A stretch of DNA of 64,000 nt, from contig OY968796.1 of NCBI GenBank assembly GCA_963695545.1, positions 3,552,001 through 3,616,000 on the forward strand. The letters run 5' to 3'. Numbering within the stretch: position 1 is the stretch's first letter; each line of letters starts with the position of its first letter. Below the pieces are notes generated by a model that made no database searches, was not told the DNA's origin, and saw only the letters and a list, made by a program, of their open reading frames with translations. Origin of the DNA: Terriglobia bacterium. Its GTDB lineage: Bacteria > Acidobacteriota > Terriglobia > Acidiferrales > UBA7541. The position numbers and the translations under genes are program-made. Positions 28,939-39,173 of this stretch are shown here, one piece after another.

Positions 28939-30258
28939 CTAATGATGCGGCAGCAGCCTCAGCACGTCATTGTACATAACAACGGCGAAGACACACAGCA
29001 TGAATACCACGCCGACGGTGACGAAGCGCTCCTTAGCGCGCAAGCTTAGGTCGTGGCGCAGCGTACCTTCGACGAGAAGCATCAGGATCATGCCGCCATC
29101 AAGCGGAGCGATGGGCAAAAGATTGAGCACCGCGAGATTCACGCTGATCAGGACCATCAGGTTCAGCAGGTCGCCGATGCCGCGCTGCGCGGCGCGGCCG
29201 GAATCGCGCGCGAGGCCGAGCGGCCCCTCAAGCTGCTTCACGGAAACTTTGCCGCGGAAAAGTCCCACGACGACGTTGACGAGCTCGCGGGCGAGCATGG
29301 CGTTGAATTCGATCGAGCGGCCAATCGCCTGGGCGAGGGAGTAACGCACCTCGACTGTGGCCGGGCGCATATCGAAGCCAAGATGCCAGCGCGCCACGCC
29401 GTCGCCGGGATCGCCCCAGGTGGGGCGCGCGGTGAGCGTGATGTTTTGGCCGGCGCGCTGCACGGCGAGTTGCACGGGTTGAGCGCCGGTCTGCTGAAGC
29501 AACGGAACGAGTTGGTGCGGGCTGGCCAAGGGCTGGCCGTTCAGCGCTTCGATTGTGTCGCCAGACTCGAGACCGGCGAGCGCCGCGGGTTCGTTCGGCA
29601 GAACAGTGCCGACTACGGTGGACTCGGCGGGATAGCCGACGGCGTCGGTCTCATCGGGCACGGCGCGAACGGTCACAGGCAGGTCACTGCCGTTGCGCTC
29701 GATCGTCGCGGGGATCGACGCGCCGGGCATCGAGAACATCAGGTGCATGTTCAGCGAATCCCAGGTGGGATTCTGCACGCCGTCGAACGCGACGATGCGA
29801 TCGCCGGCCTGGATGCCGGACTGCGCGGCAGTGGAATCTTTCAGCACGCCGGCGACGTTCACCGGCTGATCTTCGTAGGTTGGCTGCTCGGTGCCGCGCA
29901 GGGCAAGGCCGGTGACGATTACGAGGGCCATCAGAATGTTCATGGTCGGACCGGCGAGCGCGATGATGATGCGCTGCCAGCGAGGCTTCGAGAGCATTTC
30001 GTCGGGCGCGCCCGCGCGCTCTTCAAAGGAATTGTCGCCGGCCATGCGCACGTAGCCGCCGACGGGGAGCGCGCTCAAGCGATAATCGGTGGCGCCGCGC
30101 TTTATGCCCCACAGGCGCGGGCCGAAGCCGATCGAAAAAACTTCGACTCGCACGCCGAAAGCACGCGCGGCGAGAAAATGTCCCCACTCGTGGACCAGGA
30201 TCATCAGTCCAAGTCCGAATGCGATGCCTACGATGCCCAACAGGAAATCAATCGCCAT
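28939..30258 (-). CDS. rseP: RIP metalloprotease RseP
   Basis: HEWGH, GGYVRM, two PDZ domains, NLLPIAPLDGG. Confidence 0.95.
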   Translation of the reverse strand: MAIDFLLGIVGIAFGLGLMILVHEWGHFLAARAFGVRVEVFSIGFGPRLWGIKRGATDYRLSALPVGGYVRMAGDNSFEERAGAPDEMLSKPRWQRIIIALAGPTMNILMALVIVTGLALRGTEQPTYEDQPVNVAGVLKDSTAAQSGIQAGDRIVAFDGVQNPTWDSLNMHLMFSMPGASIPATIERNGSDLPVTVRAVPDETDAVGYPAESTVVGTVLPNEPAALAGLESGDTIEALNGQPLASPHQLVPLLQQTGAQPVQLAVQRAGQNITLTARPTWGDPGDGVARWHLGFDMRPATVEVRYSLAQAIGRSIEFNAMLARELVNVVVGLFRGKVSVKQLEGPLGLARDSGRAAQRGIGDLLNLMVLISVNLAVLNLLPIAPLDGGMILMLLVEGTLRHDLSLRAKERFVTVGVVFMLCVFAVVMYNDVLRLLPHH

Positions 30259-30314
30259 GTCGCCTCGTTAAATTGGTCTTCGCGCGTTTTAATATCGCGC
30301 GTTCATCTATTTCT

Positions 30315-31505
30315 TCACGCCGCGGTCTTCTCGAATCGCGCCACTTCTTCTTGCGCCAGACGCCGGGCTTCGCGATCGGCTTCGAGCACGTCGGCGATGC
30401 TGTTTAAGCGAACGCGCGGCGTGCGCTTCAAAACTTGCTCGATCACGCGGGCGATCGCCGGAAACGCCACGCGTCGATCGAGAAACGCGGCAACGGCAAC
30501 TTCGTCCGCCGCGTTAAACGCGCAGGGCCAAGCGCCGCCTTTGCTGAGCGCCTCGCGCGCCAGACGCAGGCACGGAAATCGCCGCGTAGAAGCCGGCTCG
30601 AAATCAAGACGCCGCAGCGAGGCCCAATTGAGCGTCACTTCTTTTGATGCGGCCCGCTCCGGGTAGGTTAGCGCATATTGGATGGGCATACGCATATCCG
30701 TTGGGCCGAGTTGCGCGAGAATGGAACCATCGACATATTCGACCATGGAATGAACCGTGGATTGCGGATGGATGACCACGTCGATCTGGTCCGGGCGCAG
30801 ATCAAATAGCCACCGCGCTTCGATGACCTCGAAGCCTTTGTTCACGAGCGTGGCGGAATCGACGGTGATGCGCCGGCCCATGCGCCAGTTCGGATGCGCG
30901 AGCGCCTGCTCGGGCGTGACGGTGGCCAATTGCGCAAGCGGCGTGCGGCGAAACGGGCCGCCGGAGGCCGTGAGCACGATGCGCAGCACCTCGCGCCGCT
31001 CGCCGGCGCGCAGGCACTGATGAATCGCGTTGTGCTCGCTATCGACCGGAAGCAATTCGCAGCCAGAGGCGCGCGCGGCGGCCATCACCACTTCGCCCGC
31101 GGCGACCAGGATTTCTTTGTTGGAGAGCGCCACGCGTTTGCCGGCCACGACGGCGGCGTAGGTGGCTTCAAGGCCCACGACACCGACGGCGGCCGAGACC
31201 ACGATTTCGGCTTTGGGATGCGTCGCGACAGCGAGCAGGCCCGCGGCGCCATGTTGGATTTCGGGCAGCGGCGCGTGCGCGGCCGCGCGCAGGCGCTCGG
31301 CCAATTCGGCGGCACGCGCGGCATCCGCAACGGAAACAAGCTCCGGACGATGGCGGACGATTTGCGGAGTCAAAACTTCGAGGTTTCCGCCCGCAGCCAG
31401 CGCCACGACGGAGAATCGCCCATCGAGCGCATCGACCACGGACAAAGTTTGACGGCCGATGGAGCCGGTCGAGCCGAGAATGGCGATTGGTTTCAAAGTG
31501 CGCAC
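30315..31505 (-). CDS. dxr: 1-deoxy-D-xylulose-5-phosphate reductoisomerase
   Basis: LGSTGSIG, PVDSEH, TASGGPF, HPNWRMG. Confidence 0.97.
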   Translation of the reverse strand: MRTLKPIAILGSTGSIGRQTLSVVDALDGRFSVVALAAGGNLEVLTPQIVRHRPELVSVADAARAAELAERLRAAAHAPLPEIQHGAAGLLAVATHPKAEIVVSAAVGVVGLEATYAAVVAGKRVALSNKEILVAAGEVVMAAARASGCELLPVDSEHNAIHQCLRAGERREVLRIVLTASGGPFRRTPLAQLATVTPEQALAHPNWRMGRRITVDSATLVNKGFEVIEARWLFDLRPDQIDVVIHPQSTVHSMVEYVDGSILAQLGPTDMRMPIQYALTYPERAASKEVTLNWASLRRLDFEPASTRRFPCLRLAREALSKGGAWPCAFNAADEVAVAAFLDRRVAFPAIARVIEQVLKRTPRVRLNSIADVLEADREARRLAQEEVARFEKTAA

Positions 31506-31556
31506 CTGCGCGCGAGATCAGAAACGGCGTCGAGCGAAACGCGCGGGCACGATTCG

Positions 31557-32411
31557 CTAGCGCGCCGCGACGACCAACTGAAAATAGTACCAGACGACCG
31601 GAAGCGACAGAACCAGCGCATCAATGCGATCGAGCATTCCGCCGTGGCCCGGCAACAATGTTCCGGAATCCTTCACACCGGCGCTGCGTTTGTAGGCCGA
31701 TTCCAGAAGATCGCCGAATTGTCCGGCGATGTTGCCGAGCGCGGCCATCGCCAACATGTCAATTTTGCTGATGCCTACCCAGCGCGCCGAAAGAGCGCCC
31801 ACCAACAGCGATCCCGCGAGATTCGCGACGGCGCCCTCCCAGGTTTTCTTGGGGCTCAATTGCGCGGCCATTTTTGTGCGGCCCACGGCGCGACCGACGA
31901 AGTACGCGAATGAATCTCCAACCCAAATCATGACCAGGGCGAAAAGTAAGAGACGCGGCGCAATCGCGTCGAGGCGAACCGCAGCCGTGAACGGCAACGC
32001 CACGAAAAGCAGCGCCGCGGCGCTGATGCCGAGATCGGGCAGAACGTCCGCCAGCGGCAAGCTGCTGAAAACGGCGATAGCCCCCGCGCCGAAAACGAAG
32101 AGCAGCAACACCATTTCGAGCGACGCCGTAAACAAAGGCGACTGGTGCAGCAGAACGATGTCGCGGGTTAGAGACGTGCGCTCGGAAAGCGTCGCCTGCC
32201 ACTGCTGGAAGAACATGAAGACCCCGCAAACGCAGGTCCAAAAGCGGTAGCCCTTAAGACCCACCCGCTCCCCGAGAGAAAAGAATTCGAGAAGCGCGAG
32301 CACCGCGACCGCCGCGCCGCACGCCGCCACGAGCAGCGGCGGACCCCACCAGATCAGAGCGATCACGGCGGGAATCAAGATTGCGGCCGTCAGAACGCGA
32401 GTGAGCGTCAC
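31557..32411 (-). CDS. cdsA: Phosphatidate cytidylyltransferase
   Basis: SPKKTWEG, GDLLESAYKR, KDSG..LPGHGG.LDRID. Confidence 0.95.
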   Translation of the reverse strand: MTLTRVLTAAILIPAVIALIWWGPPLLVAACGAAVAVLALLEFFSLGERVGLKGYRFWTCVCGVFMFFQQWQATLSERTSLTRDIVLLHQSPLFTASLEMVLLLFVFGAGAIAVFSSLPLADVLPDLGISAAALLFVALPFTAAVRLDAIAPRLLLFALVMIWVGDSFAYFVGRAVGRTKMAAQLSPKKTWEGAVANLAGSLLVGALSARWVGISKIDMLAMAALGNIAGQFGDLLESAYKRSAGVKDSGTLLPGHGGMLDRIDALVLSLPVVWYYFQLVVAAR

Positions 32412-32453
32412 GCGAGTCCGCCAGAGGCGCGATCGGAGTGCGTCGGCAAGCGG

Positions 32454-33248
32454 TTAGGCCGTCTCGCGTTGCGGGCGCGTGGCCAGACCGCCGTACCGGC
32501 GCTCGCGACCGCAGAAATCGACGAGCGCGCGGTAGAGCTCGGTGCGCGTGAAATCAGGCCACAGTGTTTCGGTGACGTAAATTTCCGCGTAGGCAATCTG
32601 CCAAAGAAGAAAATTGCTCACGCGCATTTCGCCGCTGGTGCGAATCAGCAGATCGGGATCGGGCAGGCCCGCGGTGTAAAGATGCTTGGCCACCATCTCC
32701 TCGTCGACGCGGAAAGATCCGATGCCGTTGTTGCGCACGCGATCCAGAATCGAATTGAACGCATCGACAAGTTCGGCGCGGCCGCCATAATTGAGCGCCA
32801 CGGCGAGTTTCATCCCCGAATTGCCGGCGGTCAATTCCATGGCGCGATCCACATCGGAACGCACGCCCGCGGGCAGTTGATCGGCCCGCCCGATCACCAG
32901 CATGCGTATATTATTTTTGTGGATCACCGGCAGCTCGCGGCGCAAATATTCGCGCAGCAGGCGCATCAGGAAATCGGTTTCGGTTTTCGGCCGGCGCCAA
33001 TTCTCCATCGAAAAGGCGTAGAGCGTGAGCGCGGGAATGCCCAGCCGCGCGCATGTCTCAATCACGTTTCGCGCGGCGCGCACGCCGGCTTTGTGTCCCG
33101 CAAGACGCGGAAGATGCCGCCGCTGCGCCCAGCGGCCGTTGCCATCCATGATCACGGCCACGTGCTCAGGTAGTCTGCGGCTATCGAGCTGGCCGAGCAG
33201 GCGAGCTTCTTCTTTATTTGCGGGTTCCAAGTGTTCCGGGGCTTGCAC
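32454..33248 (-). CDS. uppS: Undecaprenyl diphosphate synthase
   Basis: IMDGNGRWA, YAFSMENW, IRTSGEMRVSNFLLWQ. Confidence 0.96.
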   Translation of the reverse strand: MQAPEHLEPANKEEARLLGQLDSRRLPEHVAVIMDGNGRWAQRRHLPRLAGHKAGVRAARNVIETCARLGIPALTLYAFSMENWRRPKTETDFLMRLLREYLRRELPVIHKNNIRMLVIGRADQLPAGVRSDVDRAMELTAGNSGMKLAVALNYGGRAELVDAFNSILDRVRNNGIGSFRVDEEMVAKHLYTAGLPDPDLLIRTSGEMRVSNFLLWQIAYAEIYVTETLWPDFTRTELYRALVDFCGRERRYGGLATRPQRETA

Positions 33249-33400
33249 AATTCCTCTTCCGGCGCGTCCCAGGCAAGACGTCCGGTTCCGACCCCAAGCA
33301 CTGCCTAGTCGTGATTGGTCCGACTGACGAAAACTAACATACGAATTCCGTCACTGCAACCTGAGCGCCGCCGCGAGACTCAGTTGAATCCGCCGGAAGA

Positions 33401-34744
33401 TCATAGCTTCAATTTCAAGAAGGCGAAGGCCGCGGCTGCCATATTCGGGAAGATCGCTGTGTACACGAGAACCAGCGTGAGAGCGATCATAGAAATGGTC
33501 GTCAGCCAGGCCACGATATTGAACGTGGGGGAATTCACGTACTCGCCCATCAGGTCTTTCCGATTTACCAGCAGCAGCATGAAGATCAGCACGATGGGCA
33601 GCCACACTCCGTTGGCCACTTGCGAAAGCACCAGAATGCGATAGAGAGGAGCGTGCGGAATCAGAATCACGGCCGCGCCAACGACGAGCATCGCGGTGTA
33701 AAGGCTGTAGAAAATCGGCGCGTCGTTAAATTTTCGGTCGATGCCGGCTTCAAAGCCCATGCCTTCGCAGATCACGTGCGCGGTGGAAAGCGGCAGGATG
33801 GACGCGGCGAACAACGACGCGTTCAACAGGCCGAAGGCGAAAAGCAATCCGGCCCAGCGCCCGGCCAGCGGCACAAGCGCCTGCGCGGCCTCGCCGGCGT
33901 CGGTGATGTTGCGATGCCCGGCGACATAGAGCGTCGCGGCCGTGCATACAATGATGAAAAAGACCACGATCATGCAGGATACGCTTCCGACGATCACGTC
34001 GGCGCGCGCCTGGCTGTATTGCCGCTTGCCGACGCGTTTTTCAACGAAGCTCGCTTGCATGTAGAAGAACTGCCACGGCGCGATCGTCGTGCCCACCAGC
34101 GCCGTGAGCATCAGCAGATAGCCGGCATTGAAATGAAACGTTGGGATCACCGTGCTCTTGGCGGCCAGGAGCCAGTTCGGGTGCGCGAGAAAAGCCGAAA
34201 AGATATAGGCGAGATAAAATGTACAGGCCACCAGGAAAATCTTTTCGACTTGGCGATACGTGCCGCGCAGAACCAGAACCCACACAATCAACGCGGCAAC
34301 GGGCACGGCGATATATTTTGAGATGTGGAAAATTTGCATGGACGCCGCGACGCCGGCGAATTCCGCCGTGGTGTTTCCCATGTCCACCAGCAGGCCCGCG
34401 AGGATCAGAAAGAACGTGGGGCGGAAACCGAATTCTTCGCGGATCAGATCGGACAAGCCTTTGCCCGTGATCACGCCCATGCGCGCGCACATTTCTTCGG
34501 TGACGTACAGCGCGATGGTCATCGGGATCAGCGACCACAGCAGCGCGTAGCCGAAACGCGCGCCGGCCTGCGTGTAAACCGAAATGCCGCCCGCGTCGTT
34601 GTCGACGTTCGAGGTGATTACTCCGGGCCCGAGAATCGCGAGGAATATGAAAAGGCGCCGGCGCAACAGGCGCGTACGCTTGCCGAATTCCGCGCCGCGA
34701 TCGCGCCAGACTTGTACTCGCTCCTTGAGCGCCACCAAGTTCAT
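33401..34744 (-). CDS. NRAMP-family divalent metal transporter (NRMT-like, putative Mg2+)
   Basis: GPG...DNDAGG in place of DPGN, VGTTIAPW, many TM segments; 4-nt overlap with the upstream gene. Confidence 0.88.
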   Translation of the reverse strand: MNLVALKERVQVWRDRGAEFGKRTRLLRRRLFIFLAILGPGVITSNVDNDAGGISVYTQAGARFGYALLWSLIPMTIALYVTEEMCARMGVITGKGLSDLIREEFGFRPTFFLILAGLLVDMGNTTAEFAGVAASMQIFHISKYIAVPVAALIVWVLVLRGTYRQVEKIFLVACTFYLAYIFSAFLAHPNWLLAAKSTVIPTFHFNAGYLLMLTALVGTTIAPWQFFYMQASFVEKRVGKRQYSQARADVIVGSVSCMIVVFFIIVCTAATLYVAGHRNITDAGEAAQALVPLAGRWAGLLFAFGLLNASLFAASILPLSTAHVICEGMGFEAGIDRKFNDAPIFYSLYTAMLVVGAAVILIPHAPLYRILVLSQVANGVWLPIVLIFMLLLVNRKDLMGEYVNSPTFNIVAWLTTISMIALTLVLVYTAIFPNMAAAAFAFLKLKL

Positions 34745-35982
34745 AGCTTCCGCCGGAGCCGCGTGACCACGTCGTCCACGGCGATCGCGCCAATCGGGCG
34801 CCCCAGGTCGTCGACCACCGCGAGGCTGCGCAAATTGTATTTATCGAACAGATCGAAGACTTCTTTTTCGTTCGCGCTCGGCGGCACCGAATTCAAAGGC
34901 TCCGTCTTCATCTCGGCCATGCGCTGATCGGGCGCGGCCAGCAGCAGGCGCGCGGCCGGAACCGTGCCGGAGAATTTCGCGTCGTCGGTGATCAGGAAAA
35001 TGGTGTCGAGAACTTCCAGATGCACGTCGCGCGAGCCGATCCAGCTGACCACTTCGTCGCGCGTGGCCGTCTCTCCGACGAAAATAAATTCGGTGTTCAT
35101 CATGCCGCCTGCGGTATCGCCCTCAAATTGCAAGAGGGCGCGCACTTCGCTCGCTTCCCTGCCGGGCATCTCTTCGAGAACTTCTTGCGAAGTCTGCGGC
35201 GCAAGGTCCGCCAAAACGTCGGCGGCTTGATCGGGATCCATCTCTTCCAGAATGTCGGCGGCTTTGCCGCGGTCGAGCGTCTCGACGATCTCTTTGGTCA
35301 CGCGCTTATCGAGTTCCGCCAGCGCCTCGGCGGCGGTCTCTTCGTCGAGCGAGGCGATGATGGCTTGGCGCTCGGCCGGCGAGAGTTCTTCCATGATGTC
35401 GGCGAGATCAGCGGGATGCATTTGCTCGAGCTGCCGGTTCGAGATGCGCAGCTTGATGCGGCGCAGAGGATCGGGCTCGATGAGATTCACAAATTCCCAG
35501 CGAATCGTGCGTGTCGGCAACTTGTCCTGCAGCCGGCGGATCAATCCCGGAGACGCGACTCCCTGCAGCAGACGGCGCGCCGCGCCGCTCAGGCCAACGT
35601 CAACCTGGGTGACGCGCAACTCAACGGTGCCGTTGGCGCGCTCGTCGGCCAGATCGACGTCGTTCACGCGCACGACTTTGCGGCCGCCAGTGTCAATGAT
35701 CTGCTGATCGAGCAAATCCTTGCCGACCGCAAGCCAGCTTTCGTTCGGCGCATAGTAGTCGAGCGCTTTTTCTTCGACGTTCAGCTTGATCACGCCGGGT
35801 GCGACGAACGCGACGTGGTCATAGCGCGCCACAAGCGGCAGATATTTCCCGCGCCCGAGCAGAATTCGAGCCACGCGATTCGGCTGGTCGGCCGGTTCGA
35901 GGAACAGTTCGTTCACTCGGCCGACGAAGTTGCCCGCAGAATCGTAAGTCTCCGCGCCCAAAAGTTCCGTAGCGTGCAGCAT
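34741..35982 (-). CDS. PRC-barrel + MgtE N-terminal + CBS domain protein (no TM domain)
   Basis: LLDQQIIDTGGRKVVRVND, HPADLADI, TAGGMMNTEF, DKYNL. Confidence 0.85.
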   Translation of the reverse strand: MLHATELLGAETYDSAGNFVGRVNELFLEPADQPNRVARILLGRGKYLPLVARYDHVAFVAPGVIKLNVEEKALDYYAPNESWLAVGKDLLDQQIIDTGGRKVVRVNDVDLADERANGTVELRVTQVDVGLSGAARRLLQGVASPGLIRRLQDKLPTRTIRWEFVNLIEPDPLRRIKLRISNRQLEQMHPADLADIMEELSPAERQAIIASLDEETAAEALAELDKRVTKEIVETLDRGKAADILEEMDPDQAADVLADLAPQTSQEVLEEMPGREASEVRALLQFEGDTAGGMMNTEFIFVGETATRDEVVSWIGSRDVHLEVLDTIFLITDDAKFSGTVPAARLLLAAPDQRMAEMKTEPLNSVPPSANEKEVFDLFDKYNLRSLAVVDDLGRPIGAIAVDDVVTRLRRKL

Positions 35983-36020
35983 GATTGATCCGCTTGCGAT
36001 GCGATCGAAAAAACGCGTCG

Positions 36021-36064
36021 AAAAACAAAAAGCCCGCGACCAAAATAAATTCCCGGCCGCGGGC
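36021..36064 (-). terminator. Intrinsic terminator within the 5' leader (attenuator)
   Basis: Minus strand GCCCGCGGCC-N13-GGTCGCGGGC-TTTTTGTTTTT, about 40 nt before the start codon. Confidence 0.75.
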
Positions 36065-36085
36065 GATCCGCAAAAACGATGGCCA

Positions 36086-36229
36086 CTAACGGCGCCGCGG
36101 ACCGCTCCTGATCGTTTCGGGGCCAACTTCCGGTGCACGGCCCGATCCAATCTTTATTGGCCTGAATGCCGGGCTTGCGGCCCCAGGGCCAGGCTCCGTT
36201 TCGCTTGAAACACGCATCGTGACCGACAT
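36086..36229 (-). CDS. Putative leader peptide (47 aa, 7 Pro, ends RRR)
   Basis: MSVTMRVSSETEPGPG...SGPRRR*, downstream of GGAGG and a promoter-like sequence; RBS spacing is suboptimal. Confidence 0.45.
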   Translation of the reverse strand: MSVTMRVSSETEPGPGAASPAFRPIKIGSGRAPEVGPETIRSGPRRR

Positions 36230-36243
36230 TCCTCCAACTCGAT

Positions 36244-36272
36244 TAGTTAAAGCGTGTACGCATCTTTGTCAA
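36244..36272 (-). promoter_or_regulatory. Sigma70-like promoter of the metal-transport operon
   Basis: TTGACA at 36272-36267, 16-17 nt spacer, TTAACT/TAACTA. Confidence 0.55.
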
Positions 36273-36453
36273 GACAAGAATCGTGTTTTGATGGACATTT
36301 TTCCAAGCGAAACGCCTGCTCACGGGACGGCCCGATCCCATTCGCGCGAGGCTCCGACCGAAGTGGCGCCCGCGTTTTCCATTTGACGGCGCGCGGTCCT
36401 ATGGACCCACGGGTATAATGCCCTTCGCCCGCCCTTCGGGCATGCTCCAAGCC

Positions 36454-39173
36454 ATGACCGAACCTACGAGTCCGCCGACGAGTTCTCCCACGAGTCCATT
36501 AATGCGGCAGTATCACGCCATCAAATCGCGCTACCCGCACGCGCTCCTGCTTTTTCGCTTGGGCGATTTCTACGAGCTTTTCTTCGAGGATGCCGTGGTC
36601 GCGGCGCGCGAATTGCAGATCACTCTCACTTCGCGCAATCGCGAACGCGGCGAGCAGATCCCGATGTGCGGCGTGCCCTATCACGCCGCCGACGCGTACG
36701 TGGCGCGTTTACTGCGCGCCGGATACAAGATTGCGGTGTGCGACCAAATGGAAGAGGCCGGGCCCGGGAAGAAATTGGTGCGGCGCGAAGTGGTGCGCGT
36801 GATCACGCCCGGAACGGCCACGGGCCTGAACGTGATCGAGCCGCGCGAGAATAATTTTTTGGCCGCGGTGGCGCGCGGCGCCGCGGGCTCGGCGATTGGA
36901 CTCGCGTTCGTCGACGTCTCGACCGGCGAATCGAGCGCCACGGAATTCTCGGGCGCCGGCGCGGAGGAAAAACTTCGCGACGAACTCGATCGCTTGCGCC
37001 CGCGCGAAATTCTGTTGCCGCGGCAGGCCGGACTGTTCGCGCGCGATTCCAGCGCCTCGGGCGACGGTTCGGCAACGCGCCTCGCGGGCGGCGCCTCGGC
37101 CGAGACGCGCGTCGAAGAATGGGTTTTCGCGCACAGTTACGCCGAGCGGATTCTCCGAGAGCAATTTGGAGTCTCGGGTCTTGAGGGCTTTGGCCTTGCC
37201 GATCACCCGGAAGCCACGCGCGCCGCCGGAGCGTTGATTCATTACTTGCGCGAGACCTCCGCGGTCGGCGCCGAAGGCGAGGGCGCGCGCGCCGACGCGC
37301 TGCGGCATGTGGATCGCATGCGTTTCTACGAGCAAGCCGACGCGCTCGTTCTGGACACGGTGACGGTGCGCAACCTCGAGCTTGTGGCGCCGCTCTTCAT
37401 GGAAGACGCGGCGCGTGGCGCGGCCGTCACCCTGCTCGCCGCGCTTGACGACACGGTGACCGGCATGGGCGCGCGGCTGATTGCGCGCGTGGATCCTGCG
37501 GCCGCAAGTGGATCGCGCGGAAATCGAAATGCGTCTCGACGCGGTGGGCGAGCTTGTCGCGCAAACCGTGCTGCGCGAGGAAATTCGGCGCGATCTCGGC
37601 GGCGTGCAGGATATCGAGCGCCTCGCCGGACGCATCACGCTCGGTGTTGCGTCGCCGCGCGACCTGGTAGCCTTGCGAGACACTCTCACGCGATTCCCGC
37701 CGCTGCGCGCGAATCTTGAGCGTGCATCGAGCGCGCGCCTCGCCGCGCTTCGCAATCAAATCGACGAGCTCGCCGATGTGCGCGAGCGCCTCGCGCGCGC
37801 CGTGGCCGACGATCCGCCGAATCTCGCATCCGATCCCGGCGTGATCCGCGCCGGCTACGATGCGGAACTCGACGAGCTGCGCGAACTTTCGCAGCGCAGC
37901 AAGCAAATCATCGCCGCGATGGAAGAACGCGAGCGCAAACGCACCGGCATCGCTTCGCTCAAGATTCGCTACAACCAGGTCTTCGGCTATTACATCGAGA
38001 TCTCGAAACCCAATCTGCATCTTGTCCCGCCCGATTTCGAGCGCAAGCAAACTCTGGTGAACGCCGAGCGCTTCACCACGCCCGAGCTCAAGGAATACGA
38101 ACGCAAAGTGCTGGACGCCGATCGAACGCATCGCCGAAATCGAGCGGCGCCTATTCGCCGAATTGCGCGCGTGGCTCGCCGAACACGCCGCACGCATGCG
38201 GCAAACCGGCCCGCGCTGTGGCGCAACTCGACGTGCTCGTGAATTTCGCGCGCCTGGCGGCATCGCGCCACTACGCGCGCCCTGAATTCATCGACCACGG
38301 GCGAATTAATGATTGTCGCCGGTCGCCACCCCGTAATCGAGCGACTGCTCGAGCAGCACGGCGAGCGATTCGTGCCCAACGATCTTTATCTCGACCAGGC
38401 GACGCAACAGATCCTGCTGATCACCGGGCCAAACATGGGCGGCAAATCCACCTACTTGCGGCAAGCCGCGCTGATCGTGCTGATGGCGCAGATGGGATCG
38501 TTCGTTCCGGCCGAGCAGGCGCGCCTGCCAATCACCGATCGAATTTTCACGCGCATCGGCGCGTCGGATAATTTGGCGCGCGGGCGTTCGACGTTTCTCG
38601 TGGAAATGAGCGAGGTCGCCGCGATTCTGAACACGGCCACGCCGCACAGCCTCGTGCTTGCTCGATGAAGTTGGCCGCGGCACGGCCACGTTTGACGGCC
38701 TGTCGATCGCCTGGGCGGTCGTCGAGCACTTGCAGGCCGAAACCCGCGCGTGCGCCCTGTTCGCCACGCATTATCACGAACTGACGGAGCTTGCGGATTT
38801 GCTGCCCGGCGTGCGAAACGTTCACGTCGCGGTGCGCGAGACTCCGGACGAAATTATTTTCCTTCGCCGCGTCGAAGAAGGCAGCGCCGATAAAAGTTAT
38901 GGCATCGAAGTCGCGCGCCTGGCCGGCGTGCCGCGCAGCGTGATCGAACGCGCGCGCGAAATTCTGCGCCGCCACGAACAGAGCGAACACGAATTGAGCG
39001 AAGAGCTAACGCCTGGAGCGGATCGGCCCGGCGCGGCCGCCGAGCGCGAACCGCCGCTCTTCACGCCGATCGACCGCAACGTGCTCGAAGCCTTGCGCGC
39101 CGCCGATCTCGACAATTTGAGGCCGCTCGACGCGCTCAATCTGCTCGCGGCGCTGAAAAAGCAAATTTCATGA
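36454..39173 (+). CDS. mutS: DNA mismatch repair protein MutS, split by five +1 frameshifts
   Basis: [50 protein letters not shown]. 2720 nt minus 5 equals 905 codons. Confidence 0.93.
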
